64,000 nucleotides of DNA, from NCBI GenBank assembly GCA_964517845.1, contig CAZFCQ010000010.1, positions 14,936 to 78,935 on the forward strand, read 5' to 3'. A program made the translations under genes and the position numbers. The notes beneath the pieces were generated by a model. That model worked only from the letters and a program-made list of their open reading frames with translations. It made no database searches and was not told where the DNA came from. This DNA comes from an uncultured Thermoprotei archaeon. GTDB lineage: Archaea; Thermoproteota; Thermoprotei; QMSL01; B3-G16. Shown piece by piece: positions 58,738 through 64,000 of this stretch; position 1 is the first letter of the stretch; every line of letters starts with the position of its first letter.

Positions 58738-60018
58738 ATGGTCGATCCTAATAAGATAAACCTGAAGGCAATAGATGATGAGACTAGATATCGCATATTC
58801 ATGTATTTATGGAATAAAGGTATAAGATCTAGAGTACTGGGCTATGATCCTACTACTCTTAATAGGGTTAAGAATAGAAGGATTAGAGTCTCGGATAAGC
58901 TACTAACTAAGTTACTTGAATGCTTAACAGTTGATGAATTTGCAGCATTAATAGTAGGTAGAGAGCCTGAAATTAAAGCGATTAGTGAACCAAAAGATAT
59001 AAGCGAGGCTATTATCCAGATAGACCGAGTAACAGCTCATCTAAAGAATATAATTAGAAAATATCCCTTATTATCTTCATATGCATATCAGAAGTTATCA
59101 AGTATCTTATCGCAAGTAAACGTAAGCATATTAGTTACTAAAGATATGATAGAGAAATTTGAAAAATTGATTAGCAATAGAAGTAAGAAGACTGTAAGAG
59201 ACCATTTAAGATATCTGAGGAAAGCCTTAAAGGAGTTAGACTTTGAGCTATCAAGTGATAGGCTACCAGAATACATTCTAGAATTAAAAGAGCGTGAAGG
59301 AGAGAATGTTGCTAGACACACTACGAAAGCGTTAAAGCTCTTTATAAGATTAGTCATTAAAGACCCAATATTATATAATTCATTTAAGGTAATTAGTACC
59401 AGATCTATAGCTCCTAAAGAGATATTAACGTTAGAGCAAGTGAGAACAATCGCTAGGCTAATTCAGCATCTTGGTGCTAAAGCATACTTCGTTTTACTAG
59501 TAGAGACAGGATTAAGGCCTGGTGAAGTATTAAGCCTAACCCTAGACCAAGTAGACTTAGACAATAGAGTTATCAGACCATCAAAGGTCAAAGAGACTAA
59601 AAGGGCTTACATAAGCTTCTTTAGTGAGAAGACCAAGGAATTCCTAATTAAAGAATACCTATCTTACAGGAAGAAGTTCATTAATCGCTTCGAAATAGCA
59701 TTAAGGAATTTAGGCTATGATGAGGTTTATATCAAGCATTGGAGGAATAAACTATTCCCATTCAAGGGTTATGAATTAAGGCAGGAGATCTATAGGGCTA
59801 GTGAGAAGGCTATAGGCAGGCGGATAAGGTTATACGACCTAAGGGCATTCTTCGCCTCATACATGAGCCTAAAAGGAGTGCCAGGTCAAGTAATAGACTT
59901 ATTACAAGGTCGTACACTACCTAGAGAATTTGAAGTTCTCCAAAGGCACTACTTGACTACATCAATAGAGCAATTAAGAGAATTATACGACAAAGCAGAA
60001 CTCATAGTCTTAGACTAG
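58738..60018 (+). CDS. int: Tyrosine recombinase/integrase
   Basis: The C-terminal catalytic domain has ETGLRPGEVLSL (Arg), RLYDLRAFFASY and LQRHYL (Tyr). The gene lies about 200 nt downstream of the tRNA. Confidence 0.85.
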   Translation: MVDPNKINLKAIDDETRYRIFMYLWNKGIRSRVLGYDPTTLNRVKNRRIRVSDKLLTKLLECLTVDEFAALIVGREPEIKAISEPKDISEAIIQIDRVTAHLKNIIRKYPLLSSYAYQKLSSILSQVNVSILVTKDMIEKFEKLISNRSKKTVRDHLRYLRKALKELDFELSSDRLPEYILELKEREGENVARHTTKALKLFIRLVIKDPILYNSFKVISTRSIAPKEILTLEQVRTIARLIQHLGAKAYFVLLVETGLRPGEVLSLTLDQVDLDNRVIRPSKVKETKRAYISFFSEKTKEFLIKEYLSYRKKFINRFEIALRNLGYDEVYIKHWRNKLFPFKGYELRQEIYRASEKAIGRRIRLYDLRAFFASYMSLKGVPGQVIDLLQGRTLPREFEVLQRHYLTTSIEQLRELYDKAELIVLD

Positions 60019-60236
60019 TCCTCTGACTCTAAATTTAATGCTGTCTTGTTAACCCAGTCAATTAAGATACTGAATATCGTTCCAGAGGTTAATACATCAT
60101 TCCAAGGATGGAGTTATCTTCTATTATACTTCAAAAATGTCTGTAATTTTATGGATAAAGTTAAAAGCTACTTGAAATTTTACTGAAGATGTACTTTTGA
60201 TAGTAATGTTTATCTTTTTTAAGGTAGCATGACCAA

Positions 60237-62780
60237 ATGGGTGTTAAAAATTTGAGATCAGATAAGCTGTCGTTATATCTAATTATCATTCTTCTTTTTA
60301 CCTCCTCTTTTCCTGTGATTTTAAATGCATCTAAACCTAATGCTCGACTCTTCCCTGAAAGCCCTATTGTTGACCTTGTCATTATGACTCCAATGTGGCC
60401 TACAGTTGCAGGTGGCCCAGAATCGTTTAGTTTTGATAATATACAACCAGGGGGTATAGCTACTGATGGGTATTATTTGTACGTTGCAGATACAATGAAT
60501 CATAGAGTTTTAGTCTTTGATGTAAAGTCTCTAAAAGCTGTGAAAATCATTGGACAGAAGGACGCTTACTCGAGGATACCTAGTGATGATAAGTATGGCC
60601 TAAATTGTCCTGGTGGCATAGATACTGATGGTAAATGGTTATTCATAGCTGATAGAGCCAATTTTAGGCTCGTTGTGTACGATTTAGAGAGTTTTATACC
60701 GATTGTAATCATTCTGCCTTATAATGAGATATGGGATCTTGCTTGGGATGGGAAGTGGCTCTATACTACTATTAAGTCCTTACACATAGTGGTAGTGTAC
60801 ACGAATATAAGCCGAATTCTTAATGGAGATTATAAACCAATTGAGAGGAGCGAATATATAATCTTGGGAGAGGAAGGAGTTGGAGGTTGTTCAAGAACGC
60901 TTATGGATGAGCCAGTAGGCATAGATGTTGATGAGGAGTACCTATATGTCACTGATAGGAGAAATGGTAGGGTATTAATTTGGAGTAAGAAAAATCTAAG
61001 AGATCACGTGCCTGCAGATTATATTCTAGGATATAAAGACCCCGAATGTAAGATGCCTGTAGAGAATCCTGCTGGTATAATCCGAGAAACATACGATGTA
61101 GCATCAAATGAAAGATATATATTTGTTCACGATACCAATAGAATATTGGTCTTCGATAAAAATGAACTTGCAGATGGTGCATTAGCAAAATACGTTATAG
61201 GTAAGGAGAAATTTGATGACTTCACTCCAACTCGTAATCCTACTAAGAATACGCTAGGAGGTAATCCAAGGGGATTAGCAGCAGACGAAAAATTTCTCTA
61301 TGTAGTAGAGAAAGGATTCTATGTTCAAGCTATCTTACGCTTTAACCTAACTGAGCTCAGAAGCGGAATAGAAGCTGATCGCATATTGGGTATTCTTTGG
61401 CATAGGAATCCGAAATACGGCTTAGAAATAGCTAATGGTAAGATGTTCGTAGCGGGTCAGGAATATTTAGGAGTTTTCAACAAAATACCTGATGAGAACT
61501 ATGCATATCCTGATTTCTACATCCCTATAGGTGCAGTTGAAGTTAGTAGTGACGGACAACATCTCTGTGTGATAAGCAAAAGTGGAGAGATAGCTATATA
61601 TAATGAGATACCTAATGAGGCGAGAGAACCTGATATAATTATAAATATTCCCGGAGTGACTGGAGGGGGTGCAGCATCCGGGATTTCATGTCATGATGGA
61701 AAGCTTGCAGCAACTAACTCATTCTGGGAACAAAGTAAAGTCTTAGTTTGGAAGTCCATTCCCACAAGGAATAATCAGCCGCCAGATGTAATTTTAACAG
61801 AATTTAATGGAGAGCGTATTACTGAACCATTCAACGTTTACATATACCAAGATGTACTATTTATAGCGTTACATATTGGATCTAAAGTCCTCATATACAA
61901 GAACCTGGATAGACTATCAAATGAATCTAATCCAGATATCATACTAGGAGAACCTGAGGGACTATATGGAGGGATCCGCGATATCTACTATGATGGAAAG
62001 TACTTATTCGTATCAACTGGATCGGGTATATACATTTACCATGGCCTACCAGAGTCCCCAAGGAAAGCTGATGAAGTTATAAGCGAAGTCAATATAAGCG
62101 GTGTACGCTTTAAGCTTGATCCATGGGGCATATATTTCGATGGGGAGTATCTATGGGTCTTTAATGGTTGTTCAGAGCATTACTCATTTATAATCAGAAT
62201 CCCAATATCTAAGACTAAGCCTGTATATCCTGATAAGCTTATTAGAGATGACTTTAAAGAATATCTGGAGAAGGGTAGCAGTATACTAAGCCAATGCTTA
62301 GATCTAATGGCTTCAGGACTATCTCCAGAAGAAATCTCTAACCGTTTAATGGGTGAAATACCTGAATTCCTGAGGATATTCTGGGAGATTAACTATCTAC
62401 CGTTAATAGAGAAGTCAAAGGAGCAAATACCCCATACAGAGGAAAGAATACCGAAGGAATACGAGGAATTAAGTAGAGCTTATCATGAACTCCTCAAGAA
62501 ATATGAAGAAGTAAATTTAACCTATTGCATGTTGAAAAAAGAATATGAGAATTTAAGAGAAAGTTATGAGTCACTTAAGCTAAGCTATAACGAAACCCTC
62601 AACCAATTAGAAGTATTAAAACAGAGGAACAAAGCGACTACTCAGAAGCTTAAAATCATGATGAACGAGTTACTCCTTTACAAGAATCTAACATACGTAT
62701 TTGCTACATCAACCGTGATATTAGCTGTATTTACATTCTTACAAGTCATGAAACGACTGCGCTCTTCTAAGCAAGGATAA
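60237..62780 (+). CDS. Secreted NHL-repeat beta-propeller protein with C-terminal coiled-coil stalk and TM anchor
   Basis: A signal-like N-terminus is followed by repeated G(I/V)(A/D)(T/V)DG.(Y/W)L(Y/F)(V/I)AD..N.R(V/L)(L/V)V(F/Y)D units. The coiled coil runs EYEELSRAYHELLKKYEE...LEVLKQRN. The terminal TM segment is VFATSTVILAVFTFL. Confidence 0.75.
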   Translation: MGVKNLRSDKLSLYLIIILLFTSSFPVILNASKPNARLFPESPIVDLVIMTPMWPTVAGGPESFSFDNIQPGGIATDGYYLYVADTMNHRVLVFDVKSLKAVKIIGQKDAYSRIPSDDKYGLNCPGGIDTDGKWLFIADRANFRLVVYDLESFIPIVIILPYNEIWDLAWDGKWLYTTIKSLHIVVVYTNISRILNGDYKPIERSEYIILGEEGVGGCSRTLMDEPVGIDVDEEYLYVTDRRNGRVLIWSKKNLRDHVPADYILGYKDPECKMPVENPAGIIRETYDVASNERYIFVHDTNRILVFDKNELADGALAKYVIGKEKFDDFTPTRNPTKNTLGGNPRGLAADEKFLYVVEKGFYVQAILRFNLTELRSGIEADRILGILWHRNPKYGLEIANGKMFVAGQEYLGVFNKIPDENYAYPDFYIPIGAVEVSSDGQHLCVISKSGEIAIYNEIPNEAREPDIIINIPGVTGGGAASGISCHDGKLAATNSFWEQSKVLVWKSIPTRNNQPPDVILTEFNGERITEPFNVYIYQDVLFIALHIGSKVLIYKNLDRLSNESNPDIILGEPEGLYGGIRDIYYDGKYLFVSTGSGIYIYHGLPESPRKADEVISEVNISGVRFKLDPWGIYFDGEYLWVFNGCSEHYSFIIRIPISKTKPVYPDKLIRDDFKEYLEKGSSILSQCLDLMASGLSPEEISNRLMGEIPEFLRIFWEINYLPLIEKSKEQIPHTEERIPKEYEELSRAYHELLKKYEEVNLTYCMLKKEYENLRESYESLKLSYNETLNQLEVLKQRNKATTQKLKIMMNELLLYKNLTYVFATSTVILAVFTFLQVMKRLRSSKQG

Positions 62781-63560
62781 AACCGAGCTATTCGAAATTA
62801 ATAGCCCTAAGTATTGCTTTATGTTTTTCTTAATTAAAGACAGTAGTAAATTAGCCTTCAGTAATGGCTTCAGAATAGGAATAGCCATTATCTTATTACT
62901 AAATTAGGTGAATAAGATTACAGTAATGATCCATTTAACAGGCTTATTATTGAACATCTTAACATTTAGATGCAAGAGTAAGCCAACACCAGCAAGTGCT
63001 TTGCCTTTCTTCATCATGATTAAAGGTTTCTTAAAGTTAGCTTAATAGCTAGACTTCACTTTCATCGAAAAACTCTGAATATTCAGAGAAAAAGTGCCCA
63101 TTTCTCATTTCTCCAGTAAGCCTAAGATCACTACAGATGCAGGAAAAGTAATTAAGGAGATGAGGAGCCATAGTTTGTCAACTCTCAGGCTGAGTAGTTC
63201 AGTCGCCTTACCAACGGGAATTCTATCACTAAGTAGGAGTCTAGGTTACGCGGGTCTTGCATAGTTGACGCTGGATTTTATGAACTGCTGCATGCTAATG
63301 AGGATTTAGTTTAAATTTAATCCTAGTTTTTATAGTAAGTTTAAGAGTTAGCTAGTAAGTTTCTTGCTAGGAAGCTTTACTGTTCTTCAGCAGAACGGTA
63401 TTACTGACATTTATAAGGAGTTTTCGTACCTTACAGTACGGGAAGCAATACAGGATATAAGGAAGCTATTAGCGATAAAATCTAATTACGTAAGATTTAG
63501 GTCTGGCATTTTTGATAACTTTATGATTAGTGTAATAGCTCTATTATCCTTGTAAATGTA

Positions 63561-63821
63561 TCAAGGATCTTCTCTAATTGAGAATCCCGCTAAGAGACCA
63601 GCTAACCATTTTAAAGATTTCTCCCCCTTAGCTCTCTTTAATCTGTTAATAAGTTCGTCATAGTGATTCTCGATCATATGATCCCTCAATCTTCTCTTAA
63701 CTTTTTCATAATCACCACCAGCAAATTCAGTATTACAGAAAGGGCACTTACCCTTATAGTAACCTTCCACAATCCTCACCTTACAAGCTCTTATACCTCT
63801 TACCTCGATAGAAGTTCTCAT
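63561..63821 (-). CDS. Small C2H2-like zinc-finger protein
   Basis: The 86 aa product contains CPFCNTEF...RRLRDHMIENH (C-x2-C ... H-x4-H). This kind of protein is common on crenarchaeal viruses and plasmids. Confidence 0.5.
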   Translation of the reverse strand: MRTSIEVRGIRACKVRIVEGYYKGKCPFCNTEFAGGDYEKVKRRLRDHMIENHYDELINRLKRAKGEKSLKWLAGLLAGFSIREDP

Positions 63822-64000
63822 TAACTTATTACATAGTATCGAATACTACAAATCCTTATGAATAAATTAATGAAAATTTACATCTTGAACTCTATGTACC
63901 TTTTTTACTTACTATAATCTAAGCATATTATTTAAGGCTTAAGTACTTCATTATCCCAAGTACAGCAAACATATTAAGCTTACTAACATCCAATTCAAGA

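Larger units (their letters stand above)
58464..64000. mobile_element. Putative integrated element at tRNA-Arg (right boundary beyond the window)
   Basis: tRNA and integrase are adjacent. Downstream cargo has no housekeeping character, and there are stretches of decayed coding sequence. I found no second att copy inside the window. Confidence 0.45.

Noticed and set aside
60161-60503. Minus-strand ORFs 60161..60382 and 60321..60503 at the 5' end of the NHL-repeat gene
   Set aside because: They overlap the signal-peptide region of an 847 aa ORF and have no features.
63180-63290. tRNA-like or att-like segment (GAGTAGTTCAGTCGCC...)
   Set aside because: The D-loop-like string lacks matching stems, there is no T-arm (GTTCRAATC), and it has no similarity to the tRNA-Arg 3' end that an attR would carry.
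63364-63555. 63 aa plus-strand ORF
   Set aside because: It starts with TTG, has no upstream signals and lies in a decayed region. I did not call it as a gene.

Overview
This is an AT-rich archaeal chromosomal window. Gene content suggests an anaerobic (hyper)thermophilic crenarchaeon (Thermoproteota), possibly Desulfurococcales-like. That lineage call is inferred from gene content only: bifunctional FBP aldolase/phosphatase, ThiDN, pantoate kinase, ABCE1, Cgi121, a NOG1-type GTPase, L21e, family-4 UDGs, class III RNR and TrmB/PadR regulators. Most of the window is densely packed housekeeping and metabolism: peptidases, sugar kinases, a BMP-type ABC transporter, an ECF energizing module, MoaD/MoaE, ThiI, translation and t6A factors, and gluconeogenesis genes.

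Features outside that backbone:
- A roughly 270 nt GC-rich structured RNA downstream of rpl21e, a candidate compact RNase P RNA.
- An orphan 450 aa protein with a PD-(D/E)xK nuclease signature.
- Three GG-terminated beta-grasp (ubiquitin-like) genes packed around moaE and thiI, with an intact JAMM protease 8 kb away.
- A translationally coupled four-gene operon that I consider the best candidate for an undescribed system. It encodes a deviant MinD/ParA-like ATPase, a membrane-anchored protein, a small coiled-coil protein, and a small protein whose N-terminus resembles the bacterial MinE membrane-targeting sequence.
- A NOG1 GTPase gene split by a +1 frameshift.
- A tRNA-Arg(CCG) followed by a tyrosine integrase and cargo that includes an 847 aa NHL-propeller/coiled-coil surface protein. 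This integrated element runs off the right edge of the window.

I saw no CRISPR array and no rRNA. All functional calls come from reading motifs in the translated ORFs; no database search was run.
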